From the IMG/VR virus record IMGVR_UViG_3300023176_005537, positions 1 to 64,000 of that record: a DNA stretch of 64,000 bases. The stretch is one strand, 5' to 3'. Source of the DNA: a virus. Both the position numbers and the translations under genes were made by a program. This document shows, one piece after another, positions 9,129 to 19,101 of the stretch; the stretch's first letter is position 1; every line of letters starts with the position of its first letter. The notes below the pieces were generated by a model. It was not told the origin of the DNA, searched no databases, and saw nothing but the letters and a program-made list of their open reading frames with translations.

Positions 9129-10114
9129 TTCCGATGTTTAAGTGGTCTGGTGGAAAAAGACGAGAATTGAATTCGATTAAAGAGTGGATGCCAGAAAAAT
9201 ATGAAACATATTGCGAACCATTCATTGGAGGCGGCGCTCTCTGGTTAAACTTGGAGCATGATAAGTGCATTATCAATGATAGCTATTTTGATTTGATTAA
9301 CTTTTATAACGTTTGTAAAAGCGATCCTAAAAAACTAGCTGATCATCTTAATTCAATAACGTCTGATTATAATAAAGATGTCAAGGCTTTAAATGCACAG
9401 TCTAAAGACGACTACAAAGATGTAGCTAAAAAGTATTTTTATGATGTTAGAGATGGTGAGGTTGCTAGCGATTTTGAGAATGCCGTTAGGTTTTATACAC
9501 TTAGGCAGCTTAGTTATGGCGGCATGCTCAGGTTCAACAAAGATGGAAAATTCAACGTTCCATATGGCTATTACAAGACATTTAAAACATTTGATACGGA
9601 TGTTAAAAAGCTTACAACTTTATTGAACAATACAGAGATACTTCATGGAGATTGGAAAGACGCTGTTAAAAATTGTGGGCCAAATGACTTTGTTTTTATA
9701 GATCCCCCTTACACTAGGGAATTTACAAAGTACCATCCGAATGGCGAGTTTCTAGACAAAGAGCAAGAAGAGCTAGCCAACTGGTTTAAAACAACGAAAA
9801 CAAGAGCGTTGATTATTATCAACAAAGATGAATTTACTAGTAAACTGTACGATGGCTACATCAAAAAGGAGTACGAACACAATTATGGCGTTAAATATAG
9901 AAAAAAAGAAGTAGAAGATGGGGTAGAATATGTTGTTGTTTCTGAGAAGGATGTCACAGAGCCCTTGAAAGACAAGGACGCCAAGAAAGCAAATGCTGCT
10001 GTGAAAAGTTTGCAAAAGCTTGGAATCAATAATATATCTTTTGAAAGAGTTGACAAAGAAAAAAGAGATTCTCATTCTTATTCTGCTGTTCATATTATTT
10101 GCACAAACTACTAG
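9125..10114 (+). CDS. dam: DNA adenine methyltransferase (Dam/D12 class)
   Basis: KWSGGK, EPFIGGGA, RFNKDGKFNVPYG, DPPY. Confidence 0.92.
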   Translation: MIPMFKWSGGKRRELNSIKEWMPEKYETYCEPFIGGGALWLNLEHDKCIINDSYFDLINFYNVCKSDPKKLADHLNSITSDYNKDVKALNAQSKDDYKDVAKKYFYDVRDGEVASDFENAVRFYTLRQLSYGGMLRFNKDGKFNVPYGYYKTFKTFDTDVKKLTTLLNNTEILHGDWKDAVKNCGPNDFVFIDPPYTREFTKYHPNGEFLDKEQEELANWFKTTKTRALIIINKDEFTSKLYDGYIKKEYEHNYGVKYRKKEVEDGVEYVVVSEKDVTEPLKDKDAKKANAAVKSLQKLGINNISFERVDKEKRDSHSYSAVHIICTNY

Positions 10115-10122
10115 GAGGAAAA

Positions 10123-10386
10123 ATGAAGCCGTTAAACAGACATTATTTGGTTAAGAAAGAAGACAAAAAGAAAGAACAATCTGCTGTTCTTCTTCCGGAC
10201 AATTACAGAAAGGAAGAAGATCCCCTAGTTGTTGTGGAGATTTTGCAGGCTAGTGACAATTGTACAACTAGCGTCCCAGTTGGTTCTAAAGTTGTTGTAG
10301 AGAAAACAATGATTAGAGAAGTTAAAGCATTGGGTGAAACTTATCACCTAATTCAAGAAAATTATCTTCTGGGGGTGGTTCAATGA
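10123..10386 (+). CDS. groES: co-chaperonin GroES
   Basis: MKPL..YLVK..VLLPD..VGSKVV..YHLIQE.YLLGVV; GGAGG RBS. Confidence 0.75.
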   Translation: MKPLNRHYLVKKEDKKKEQSAVLLPDNYRKEEDPLVVVEILQASDNCTTSVPVGSKVVVEKTMIREVKALGETYHLIQENYLLGVVQ

Positions 10387-10670
10387 AAGTGGGAGATATT
10401 GTATATACAATTTATTCAACGCATGTTCTTCGCTTTGGAAGGATTACCGGCACAACTACCAGAGAAGGTTGGAACGGAGAGAACTCCACTGATTGGAAAT
10501 ATTATGTTGTGGATTGGTTTCCAAACAAGCAATTTGAAAAATGCTTTGAGGAAGCAAAGCAGGGGTTTTATGAATATTACCAAGCGAAGCCGATCAGGTG
10601 TGATAATGTTTACCCTGTTGACGAAGACATGAAAAAACTTTTGAGAATGGCACTGGGAGAAGAAAATTGA
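10383..10670 (+). CDS. hypothetical protein (KVGD-type small beta-barrel)
   Basis: ATGA overlap with the previous gene; MKVGDIV start. Confidence 0.7.
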   Translation: MKVGDIVYTIYSTHVLRFGRITGTTTREGWNGENSTDWKYYVVDWFPNKQFEKCFEEAKQGFYEYYQAKPIRCDNVYPVDEDMKKLLRMALGEEN

Positions 10671-11383
10671 AATATTCTAAATCAATTGAACTGTACGGAG
10701 ACGGCATTGGCAAAGTTGAGTTTGTTGAGCATATGGGAACCGACCTTACAGTCGTCAACTCTGCTCGCGTGAGCTTTGGCAAACACAAAGAGATTATGGA
10801 TCTGAAAGATCAAAAGCTGATTAAATATTTGATCAAACACAAGCATACTTCTACTTTGGAACACAACAATGTTACGTTTCGGTTTAAAGTTCCGCTTTTT
10901 GTCCGCTCGCAGCATCATCGCCATCGTACTTGGAAGTACAATGAGATTTCCAGAAGATATACAGACTTCAACATTGAGTTTTATGAGCCGACCCAATTCA
11001 GAACTCAACATAAGTCTAACAGGCAAGCTAGCAATGAAGATGAATTGGTCAATCCCAATGTTTATTCAAGATATTTGGGGTATGCTGCTCCGGCTAATTT
11101 AGTAATTCAAGATCATCACACAAGATCGTTGAAGCTTTTCAATGAATTGATTGACAAAGGCATTTGTAGGGAGCAAGCAAGGGGAGTGCTTCCTCAAAAC
11201 ATGTACACAGAATATTATGGCACAGTCGATCTAAACAACCTTCTTAAGTTTATTGGCCTTCGCACACACGAAGGAGCGCAATGGGAAATTCAAAAAGCAG
11301 CCGAAGCTTGTTTGGAGATTGCAGAAGACCTTTGGCCCGTTACTGTTAGAGCGTATAGAGAGATCAACAAAGAGGATAAATGA
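10667..11383 (+). CDS. thyX: FAD-dependent thymidylate synthase
   Basis: ARVS, H.S.LEH, RHR..NE.SRRY, REQAR.VLP, AQWEI. Confidence 0.95.
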   Translation: MKYSKSIELYGDGIGKVEFVEHMGTDLTVVNSARVSFGKHKEIMDLKDQKLIKYLIKHKHTSTLEHNNVTFRFKVPLFVRSQHHRHRTWKYNEISRRYTDFNIEFYEPTQFRTQHKSNRQASNEDELVNPNVYSRYLGYAAPANLVIQDHHTRSLKLFNELIDKGICREQARGVLPQNMYTEYYGTVDLNNLLKFIGLRTHEGAQWEIQKAAEACLEIAEDLWPVTVRAYREINKEDK

Positions 11384-12156
11384 TCAAGTGTGACAAAATA
11401 GTTATTGGCTCTTCTCATAAAGCGGTTAAGTTCGCTGTTCAAAACAACCTACCAATTATTAGAACCAAGCCCCTTCCTTTCTTCTTCTTTGACCATACCA
11501 AAGAAGAAGAAAGATCAGAAATGCTTTACTGGCATTCTTTGAAGGGGTTGGTTTCTACCCTTTCTGATTTCAATCCTTCAATCAAAATAGAAGATAATCT
11601 TATTTCTTTCCATGATGGAAAAGCCTCAAAGGAATTTGAATTTAATCATTGTTTTGTTTTTGATTATGTTCAGATTATTTCAGATCAATTCCAAGTTTTG
11701 GAAACAGAATTGTTGTGTAATAAGGTTGTTGATTGGCTTAAATTAAGAACAGGTATATACAACGAAGAAGGTTTGATTGAGGAAGATCTTGTTTTTGAGG
11801 ATGATAACAGAGTGATCAACAAGATCTTCTTACACTCAACAAGTCGCGACAACCACAACAAGAATGAAAAAGACATAGCGATCTTGTCTTATCTTGAAGG
11901 CAGTGAGTTGAATGATGCAGACCTAGAAGGCTCGATCTTTCGATTGACAGTGTTGGCGAGGCTAAAAGAAGAAGGGTATAGAACTGATAGGATCGCAACA
12001 GTCTATAACGGCAGGAAATATTATAAACCAATAAAACTAGAGCATATGCACAGAGATGTCGTAAAGATACAAAAACACAAAGTAGAGACAGGTAAGAGAA
12101 TAACATTTGAAAATTCGTATTACAAGGAGGTGTTAAATGGAAAAACCATACTTTGA
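11380..12156 (+). CDS. hypothetical protein
   Basis: 258 aa ORF coupled to its neighbours. Confidence 0.75.
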   Translation: MIKCDKIVIGSSHKAVKFAVQNNLPIIRTKPLPFFFFDHTKEEERSEMLYWHSLKGLVSTLSDFNPSIKIEDNLISFHDGKASKEFEFNHCFVFDYVQIISDQFQVLETELLCNKVVDWLKLRTGIYNEEGLIEEDLVFEDDNRVINKIFLHSTSRDNHNKNEKDIAILSYLEGSELNDADLEGSIFRLTVLARLKEEGYRTDRIATVYNGRKYYKPIKLEHMHRDVVKIQKHKVETGKRITFENSYYKEVLNGKTIL

Positions 12157-12985
12157 CGCAATGATAGCAAATGTCGTCGCAGTCATTCCAATAACTGATC
12201 AGAAGACAGATTATCGCTTCCCTTGGCATCCCGCCCTTCAACCGGTAGGAAAATCATTCACAGCAATACAGCGCGTCGTAGCAGATGCTTGTTTTATGGG
12301 CGTTAGTTCAATTTGGCTTGTCTGTAACAAGAATATGCAACCTCTAATCAAAAAGGTTGTTGGAGAGAGATTAAGACATCCAAGCACCTTTCTTCTGGAG
12401 AGAAGAGATACTAAACATACAGTCCCAATTTATTACGTTCCGGTTCATATCAAAGATAGACACAAAGCAGAATGCCCTTCTTGGTCTGTGCTTCACGGCT
12501 GCTTGGAGGCATATGAGATGTCTGGATTGATCTCCAAGTGGACTTTGCCTGATCGCTTTCTTATTATTGATCCTTATTTGGTATGTGATTATTATGATGC
12601 AATATACGAGAAGAAGCATATGAAGCAAGACATAAACTTTGCTTTTAAATCAGAAGGTAAAACATACAAAGATGGTGTCAACGTTCCTTTTACTATCACT
12701 TACAAGGATTGTATCGAAGCAAAAGAGAAATATGATGAACTGGCCTATGAATTTTATGAAGAAAATTCAATGGTTGAAGCAAGCATAAAAATACCTCTTG
12801 ACAAAATCTTTAATTCTGCTACAATAGATCGTGATTTTGAAATTGGAAAGACATATGACATAAGAAAGTGGGAGGGCTACATGGAGTATATGCGAACAGA
12901 TTTTGCAGCAGAGCTTCATAAGCCCGGCTTTGTTGCGTCATATTCTTTTGGAGAGCTTTTTAAAGAGGAGGAAGAAGATGCTTGA
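12137..12985 (+). CDS. sugar-phosphate nucleotidyltransferase-like protein (divergent)
   Basis: VAVIP..HPALQPVGK..IQRVV..GVSSIWLVC resembles the NTP_transferase N-terminus but lacks the GxGTR loop. Confidence 0.5.
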   Translation: MEKPYFDAMIANVVAVIPITDQKTDYRFPWHPALQPVGKSFTAIQRVVADACFMGVSSIWLVCNKNMQPLIKKVVGERLRHPSTFLLERRDTKHTVPIYYVPVHIKDRHKAECPSWSVLHGCLEAYEMSGLISKWTLPDRFLIIDPYLVCDYYDAIYEKKHMKQDINFAFKSEGKTYKDGVNVPFTITYKDCIEAKEKYDELAYEFYEENSMVEASIKIPLDKIFNSATIDRDFEIGKTYDIRKWEGYMEYMRTDFAAELHKPGFVASYSFGELFKEEEEDA

Positions 12986-13235
12986 ACCAGACAAAGTTTA
13001 TGATCGGATCATAAACCAACTCAAAATTGACGCAGAGATGCCTAGAAGTTACGCAGATTTAAACTACGACGAGCAAGTTTTGATTGACACAATCTGTGAA
13101 GAGTGCTATAATGAATACCTCAACAACACTAGATTAGGCTCAATTGAAAGAATGTTGGAAGACATTGCTTTCTCTGTTGAAGAAATTGAAGACGCTGTTG
13201 TGTATTTGAAAAGAGACATAAAAAGATCCAAATAG
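12978..13235 (+). CDS. hypothetical protein
   Basis: GAGGAGG RBS before ATG 12978. Confidence 0.7.
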   Translation: MLEPDKVYDRIINQLKIDAEMPRSYADLNYDEQVLIDTICEECYNEYLNNTRLGSIERMLEDIAFSVEEIEDAVVYLKRDIKRSK

Positions 13236-13244
13236 GAGTATTAA

Positions 13245-16200
13245 ATGGAAAGAGTAAAATCAAAACTTAAGTTTGTCGGACTTCACGCTCACTCTGTTGC
13301 TGGCTCACCCTTCGACGCTCTTGGTTACCCAAGTGATCATATGGACTTTGCCTATGAGAACGGCATGGATGCAATGGCTTTGACCGATCACGGAAACATG
13401 AATGGCTTCTCTTGGCAGCTTCTTCACGCAAAGAAGATGAACAAAGAAGGAAGAACATTCAAACCTCTCTTTGGTTGCGAAGCTTATTACATCAAAGATG
13501 TTGAAGAGTGGCAAGAAGCTTTTGATGCTGCGAATGAAAAGAAGAAAAAAGAAAAGGCAAAGGGTGTTAACATGGAAGCTTCCGAAGGAAAGAACCGTGT
13601 TCGCACCTACAACCACCTCCTCTTGATCGCACAGAACCAAAAGGGATTGAACAACCTTTTCAAGTTGGTTTCCACTTCTCACGAAGATAAATACTTTTAT
13701 CGTAAGCCTCGTATCGATCTAAAGCTTTTGAAAGAATACAATGAAGGTTTGATCTGCTCTACTACTTGCATCAGTGGGCCTTTCGCACAGGTTGTCTGGG
13801 ACAACCCTGAAGCTAGTCACGAAGAGCTTGTGGCCTTGATGCGTCCCGTTGTTGAAGACTTTATTGATATCTTTGGCAAAGAAAGATACTTTGCAGAACT
13901 TCAATGGAACAACATTCCAGAGCAACACAAGCTTAATAAATGTATCATTGAGCTTTCCAAGGAATATGGCATCAAGCTGATCTCGACTGTGGACTCTCAC
14001 TACGCTCGACCAGAGCTTTGGAAAGACCGCGAACTTTACAAGAGGCTCGGCTGGCTTGGAATGTCGAAGAAGCCAGACTGGCTGTCTGACGAGCTTCCGC
14101 AGTCTGTTGATGAGATTGGCTATGAGTTGTATCCAAAGAACGGAGATCAAGTCTTTGAATCTTACTTGAAGTATTCCAAACTTTCCGGTCACGAATACAA
14201 CGATGAAGATGTTCGACAAAGTATTGAGAACACTTACTACATTGCTCATGAGTTGGTTGAAGACTTTGAACCAGATGCAACTGTTCGACTGCCAGACTTT
14301 GTCGTCCCAGAAGGAAAGGACGAAGACCAAGCTCTAATTGAACTTTGTTTTGAAGGTTTGAAGGCTAAAGGACTGGACAAGAAGAGAGATTATGTTGCTC
14401 GCTTGAAAGAGGAGGTGACTGTTATTTCTTCTCGTGGCTTCTCAAAGTATTTCTTGACGATGAAAGCAATCTCCGATAAAGCATTGGAGTATCAGTTGAC
14501 AGGAGCCGGACGCGGCTCTGCTGCTGGTTCTTTGGTTGCTTATGTTCTGGGTATCACGCAGATTGATCCAATCAAGTGGGGTCTTCTGTTCTCACGCTTT
14601 CTTCGCAAAGATGCGACAGACTATCCTGACATTGACTATGACGTTTCCGACCCTATGGCTTTGAAGGATATGTTTATTCAAGAGTGGGGTGATGATGTTG
14701 TTGTCCCTATTTCGAACTGGAACACTTTGCAGCTTCGTTCCCTGATCAAGGACATTGCAAAGTTCTATGACATTCCCTTTACGGAAGTCAACCCTGTTAC
14801 CAGCAGGATGCTGAAGGAAGCTACGCCGATTGCAAAGCAAGTTCACGGCATAAAGGCGGGTGTTTACACCCCGACTTTTGAAGAAGTGATGGAGTACTCT
14901 GATTCCTTGAAAGCTTTCTTGCAGAAGTACCCAAACGTTAAGACGCACGTCTTGCAATTGTATGGGCAGGTTCGATCATGTTCAAGACACGCAGGGGGCG
15001 TGGTGGTCGGAGAGAACTTAGATAAATATATGCCTCTGATCAAGAACGGTGGCGTTCGTCAAACTCCTTGGTCGGAAGGTCAGAACGTTCGTCACTTGGA
15101 GCCTCTTGGCTTCATCAAGTTTGATATTCTTGGATTGGCTTCGCTTCGGATGATTGAATCTTGCATTGAGCATATCCTGACTAGGCAGGGAAAGAAAGAC
15201 GTTTCTTTCAATGACATTAAAGAGTTCTACAACAAACACTTGCATCCGGACGTGATGGACATTAAAGACAAGGAAGTTTATGAGAATGTTTTCCACAAAG
15301 GCAACTTCGCTGGGACATTCCAGTTCACAGAAACAGGAGCGCAAAACTTTTGTGTTAAAGCAAAACCTAACAGCATCATTGATATTTCTGCTATCACTTC
15401 GATCTTTCGCCCCGGTCCCCTATCAGCCGGCGTTGATCAAGAATATGTGGATGCAAAAGAAGGCTTGAAACATGTTGAATACATTCATCCGATTGTTGAA
15501 GAAGTAACAAAAGAAACTCACGGCTTCCTGATCTTTCAAGAGCAGATTGCTTTGCTAGCTCACAAGTTGGGCAAGAACGTTTCTTTGGATGAGGGTAACA
15601 AACTTCGCAAACTTCTGACAAAGAAAGGAACGGGCAAAGGTCATGAAGAGAAAGACAAGATATACAAAAAGTTCATTCGCGGATGTTCTGAAAAGAAAAT
15701 CCCAAACGGTGATGCAGAAAAGTTGTGGAAAACTTTCGAATACTTTTCGGGATATGGTTTTAATAAGTCGCATGCTGTTTCTTATTCTATGCTTTCTTAC
15801 CAATGCGCTTGGTTATCATATTACTATCCTGTGGAATGGATGGCAGCGTTCCTAGATAAGGAGCCAGAAAGCAGGAAAGAGAAGGCAATCTCTATTGCAA
15901 AAGGTTTGGGCTTTGACATTCAAGAGGTCAGCATCAACAAGTCGGAAAGGCATTGGGCTATCTTGGACGACAAGACCTTGGTTCAGCCCCTTCTTTCGAT
16001 CAAAGGATTGGGTGAGAAAGCAATTGATGAGCTTTTGATGCACAGACCTTTTGATACAATTGATGAGCTTTTGTTTCACGACGAGATAAAGCACAACAAA
16101 CTCAACAAGAAAGCGGTGGATGTCTTGATTAGAGCCGGAGCAATGAACGAACTTATTGATGATCGCTTCACTGGTGACAAACACTTCTGGTCTGCTGTCG

Positions 16201-16643
16201 CTGTTGACAAACCTAGAAACAAAAAGAAGCTAGCGGAGAACATCGAACTTTACAAACCAGAGGGAGAGTTCTCCGAAGAGGAAAGGATTGAGTATCTTGT
16301 CGGGTTGACTGGTATGTATCCCTTCCACAAGGTTATGGACGACGATGTTGTGAGGCAATTGGAGCAGCATTGTGTTCCGCCCCTCTCCCAGTTCGATGAG
16401 GATCTTATGGTTGCTTGGTTTGTTCCAAGAGAGATCATCAAAAAGAAAACAAAGAATGGCAAACTTTATTGGATCTTGAAGACTATTGATGATTCAGGTA
16501 TGGTCGATATCAAATGTTGGGGGGTTGATCCTGAGAAAGACAAGATCCATATTAATCGTCCCTACATGGCGAAGCTTGAGTATCACCCCACTTGGGGGTT
16601 CAGCACTCGCTCTATCCGAAAAAACTTTAAACTATTAGCTTGA
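13245..16643 (+). CDS. dnaE: DNA polymerase III alpha subunit
   Basis: PHP LHAHS/TDHG, GRGSAAGS, PDIDYD, RHAGG, KFDILG, GFNKSH. Confidence 0.97.
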   Translation: MERVKSKLKFVGLHAHSVAGSPFDALGYPSDHMDFAYENGMDAMALTDHGNMNGFSWQLLHAKKMNKEGRTFKPLFGCEAYYIKDVEEWQEAFDAANEKKKKEKAKGVNMEASEGKNRVRTYNHLLLIAQNQKGLNNLFKLVSTSHEDKYFYRKPRIDLKLLKEYNEGLICSTTCISGPFAQVVWDNPEASHEELVALMRPVVEDFIDIFGKERYFAELQWNNIPEQHKLNKCIIELSKEYGIKLISTVDSHYARPELWKDRELYKRLGWLGMSKKPDWLSDELPQSVDEIGYELYPKNGDQVFESYLKYSKLSGHEYNDEDVRQSIENTYYIAHELVEDFEPDATVRLPDFVVPEGKDEDQALIELCFEGLKAKGLDKKRDYVARLKEEVTVISSRGFSKYFLTMKAISDKALEYQLTGAGRGSAAGSLVAYVLGITQIDPIKWGLLFSRFLRKDATDYPDIDYDVSDPMALKDMFIQEWGDDVVVPISNWNTLQLRSLIKDIAKFYDIPFTEVNPVTSRMLKEATPIAKQVHGIKAGVYTPTFEEVMEYSDSLKAFLQKYPNVKTHVLQLYGQVRSCSRHAGGVVVGENLDKYMPLIKNGGVRQTPWSEGQNVRHLEPLGFIKFDILGLASLRMIESCIEHILTRQGKKDVSFNDIKEFYNKHLHPDVMDIKDKEVYENVFHKGNFAGTFQFTETGAQNFCVKAKPNSIIDISAITSIFRPGPLSAGVDQEYVDAKEGLKHVEYIHPIVEEVTKETHGFLIFQEQIALLAHKLGKNVSLDEGNKLRKLLTKKGTGKGHEEKDKIYKKFIRGCSEKKIPNGDAEKLWKTFEYFSGYGFNKSHAVSYSMLSYQCAWLSYYYPVEWMAAFLDKEPESRKEKAISIAKGLGFDIQEVSINKSERHWAILDDKTLVQPLLSIKGLGEKAIDELLMHRPFDTIDELLFHDEIKHNKLNKKAVDVLIRAGAMNELIDDRFTGDKHFWSAVAVDKPRNKKKLAENIELYKPEGEFSEEERIEYLVGLTGMYPFHKVMDDDVVRQLEQHCVPPLSQFDEDLMVAWFVPREIIKKKTKNGKLYWILKTIDDSGMVDIKCWGVDPEKDKIHINRPYMAKLEYHPTWGFSTRSIRKNFKLLA

Positions 16644-16694
16644 CATTTGTGTAACATTTTGCTATAATGATAGCATAACTTAAAAGGAGAAAAG

Positions 16695-16931
16695 ATGAGT
16701 ACACTTAAGTATGATGCGCTTGTGCGCCGTTATGAAGCAGAGATTGCCGAAGCAAAGGCTGTTCTCGAAGTTTATTTTGCAGCTTCCGTTGGAGTTGGGG
16801 ATCATCCCAATATTGTCAACTCGATGGACAAGATGGTTCAAAAGCTGGCAGATGCAGAAGGAAAGCTTCTTTCCCTGCAACAGTTGGTTTCTGTACAAGC
16901 AGAGGAGGTTGAAGATGGAGACGAAGGTTAA
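16695..16931 (+). CDS. hypothetical protein
   Basis: AAGGAG RBS, behind TTGACA(16640)-17-TATAAT(16663). Confidence 0.75.
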   Translation: MSTLKYDALVRRYEAEIAEAKAVLEVYFAASVGVGDHPNIVNSMDKMVQKLADAEGKLLSLQQLVSVQAEEVEDGDEG

Positions 16932-17382
16932 GAAGTTGAGGCCAGACGCTGTGATCCCTCGCAAGGCTCACCTTAGTGATACTGGATATGATCTTTGGGT
17001 TCTTGACAAACACAAAGAGTTGGACAATGGTGTTGTAATGTTTTCAACTGGGTTGGCTATTGAGCCGCCATGTGGTTATTACTTTGAGATTGTTCCACGC
17101 TCCAGTATCATTAAGTCCGGATACATTCAAGCTAACTCTATTGGGGTTGTTGACTCTGGATATAGAGGAGAGCTTTTTGTTCCTCTTCTCAAGCTGGATC
17201 AGGCATCGCCCGATATTGAATTTCCAAAGAAGATCGCACAGTTGGTTCTCCGCAAAGTGGAGACTTGTGCTTTTATCGAGGCTGATGAACTTTATGACTC
17301 CAGCAGGGGTGATGGCGGCTTTGGCTCGACTGACGGAAAAGAAGAAGCATACTGGAAAAGAGAACTGTTCAATCAAAATTAA
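16915..17382 (+). CDS. dut: dUTPase
   Basis: GYDL, PRSS, GVVDSGYRGE, AQLV, RGDGGFGST. Confidence 0.95.
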   Translation: METKVKKLRPDAVIPRKAHLSDTGYDLWVLDKHKELDNGVVMFSTGLAIEPPCGYYFEIVPRSSIIKSGYIQANSIGVVDSGYRGELFVPLLKLDQASPDIEFPKKIAQLVLRKVETCAFIEADELYDSSRGDGGFGSTDGKEEAYWKRELFNQN

Positions 17383-17391
17383 GGAGAGAGA

Positions 17392-18402
17392 ATGAACATC
17401 ACAGCAGACGTAGTGGTAGGTCTTCAAGCAGGAGACGAAGCAAAAGGCAAAGTTACATATCAACTGTTGCAACAAAAGTCATATGATTATTGTATTAGGT
17501 TCAATGGTAGTGCAAACGCAGGCCATACAATTTATCACAATGGCAAGAAGTTTGTAACACACCAAATCCCAACAGGAGTTTTCTTTGGCGTTAAGTCTAT
17601 CATTGGGTCTGGCTGTGTTGTTGATTCTCAAGCTCTTTACAAAGAGATTGAAGACTTGGAAGAGCAAGGCATCAAAGTTCGTGGTAATCTTTTTGTTTCA
17701 AAGAAAGCCCATATCATCCATGAGAAGCATCGCAAAGAGGATGCAACTGGTTCTAATGTTGGTTCAACAAAGAAAGGTGTCGGCCCTGCTTACAAAGATA
17801 AAGTAGGAAGGGTTGGCATTAGAGCAGACCAGATCATTCAAAAAGATATGTTGATTGATCTTTACGAAGAGCTTTACTCGGATGACAGAGAGAAAGAAGT
17901 TCTTTTTGAAGGCGCGCAAGGCTACAACCTAGACATTGACTGGGGTGATTACCCTTATGTTACTTCTTCAGTTTGTACAACAGCCGGAGCCATTCAGAAT
18001 GGTGTTCCGCATTCTTGCATTCGTCGTGTTTATGGCGTTGCAAAATGTTATGAAACTTATGTTGGAGCAAAAGAGTTTCAATCGGACGATCCAGTCTTTG
18101 TTGATATTGCCAACATTGGGCAGGAGATTGGCTCAACAACAGGGCGAAGGCGACAATGCAACTGGATGGACTTGACAAAGCTTAAGAAAGCTGTTATAAT
18201 GAACGGGGTAACACACCTAGTGGTCAACAAACTAGATGTTATGAGAGAAGTTGGGAAGTGGGCTTGCTTCTCGAAAGGAATCAGGTTCACTTATGCAGAC
18301 GAGGTAAGTTTTAAACTAACAATCATCAAAGAGTTTGACAAGATCGTAGAAAGAACAATGTTTTCTGATAACCCGAAAGAAGTGAGAGGCTTGCTAATAT
18401 GA
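17392..18402 (+). CDS. purA: adenylosuccinate synthetase (short form)
   Basis: GDEAKGK, NAGHT, GVGPAY.DK, EGAQG, YPYVTSS, TTGRRR, NKLD. Confidence 0.93.
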   Translation: MNITADVVVGLQAGDEAKGKVTYQLLQQKSYDYCIRFNGSANAGHTIYHNGKKFVTHQIPTGVFFGVKSIIGSGCVVDSQALYKEIEDLEEQGIKVRGNLFVSKKAHIIHEKHRKEDATGSNVGSTKKGVGPAYKDKVGRVGIRADQIIQKDMLIDLYEELYSDDREKEVLFEGAQGYNLDIDWGDYPYVTSSVCTTAGAIQNGVPHSCIRRVYGVAKCYETYVGAKEFQSDDPVFVDIANIGQEIGSTTGRRRQCNWMDLTKLKKAVIMNGVTHLVVNKLDVMREVGKWACFSKGIRFTYADEVSFKLTIIKEFDKIVERTMFSDNPKEVRGLLI

Positions 18403-18641
18403 GACAGATTAAAAGAAGAATTGAAAAGCAAAAGAAAAAGGAAGCAAAAAAGCAAATGAAATCAGTAATTGATCTAATGTTGAACGGTGTGCCAGACAAA
18501 TGCACAACTTGTGGAACAAAGTATAACAAACAAGACAAACAACACGTTCAGACTTTCAAAGTAGAAGTAACGGAAAGCTTGAAACAAGTTTTGCTTTATT
18601 GTCCAGATTGTCAAGAAAAGGAGACAACTTATGGATGCTAA
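18399..18641 (+). CDS. hypothetical Zn-ribbon protein
   Basis: CTTC..CPDC. Confidence 0.7.
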   Translation: MRQIKRRIEKQKKKEAKKQMKSVIDLMLNGVPDKCTTCGTKYNKQDKQHVQTFKVEVTESLKQVLLYCPDCQEKETTYGC

Positions 18642-19101
18642 CACACAGAAGGTGATGTTTTCTTCGAAGACACCGGAATGGGCAACTCCACAAGACTTTT
18701 ATGACAAACTGGATAGAGAGTTCAACTTTGATCTTGATCCCTGTTCGACAGAAGATAATGCAAAGTGCGACAACTTCTTTACGGAAGAGGACAACGGCTT
18801 GGAGCAGGACTGGGAAGGCTTTGTCTTTATGAACCCCCCATACGGCAGAACAATCAAGCAATGGGTCAAGAAAGCTTATCAAGAGTCTTACAAGGATGGG
18901 ACAACAGTTGTGTGTCTCCTGCCCGCCAGAACTTGTACTCAATGGTGGCACGATTACTGTATGAAAGCTAGAGAAATTCGCTTTGTCAAGGGAAGACTTA
19001 AGTTTGGTGCAGGAACCAACTCTGCTCCTTTTCCTTCTGCTGTTGTTATCTTTGATGGCTTTGATTACCTTGCGCCTAAAACTTCCACAATGGAGAGATA
19101 A
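18631..19101 (+). CDS. phage N6-adenine DNA methyltransferase
   Basis: EWATP, FDLDPC, NPPY, LLPART, GRLKF. Confidence 0.92.
   Translation: MDANTQKVMFSSKTPEWATPQDFYDKLDREFNFDLDPCSTEDNAKCDNFFTEEDNGLEQDWEGFVFMNPPYGRTIKQWVKKAYQESYKDGTTVVCLLPARTCTQWWHDYCMKAREIRFVKGRLKFGAGTNSAPFPSAVVIFDGFDYLAPKTSTMER

Noticed and set aside
17392-18402. PurZ (2-aminoadenine Z-genome pathway)
   Set aside because: The catalytic Asp is retained (GDEAKG rather than the Ser form of PurZ) and TTGRRR is PurA-like; no dATPase/DatZ recognised in the window
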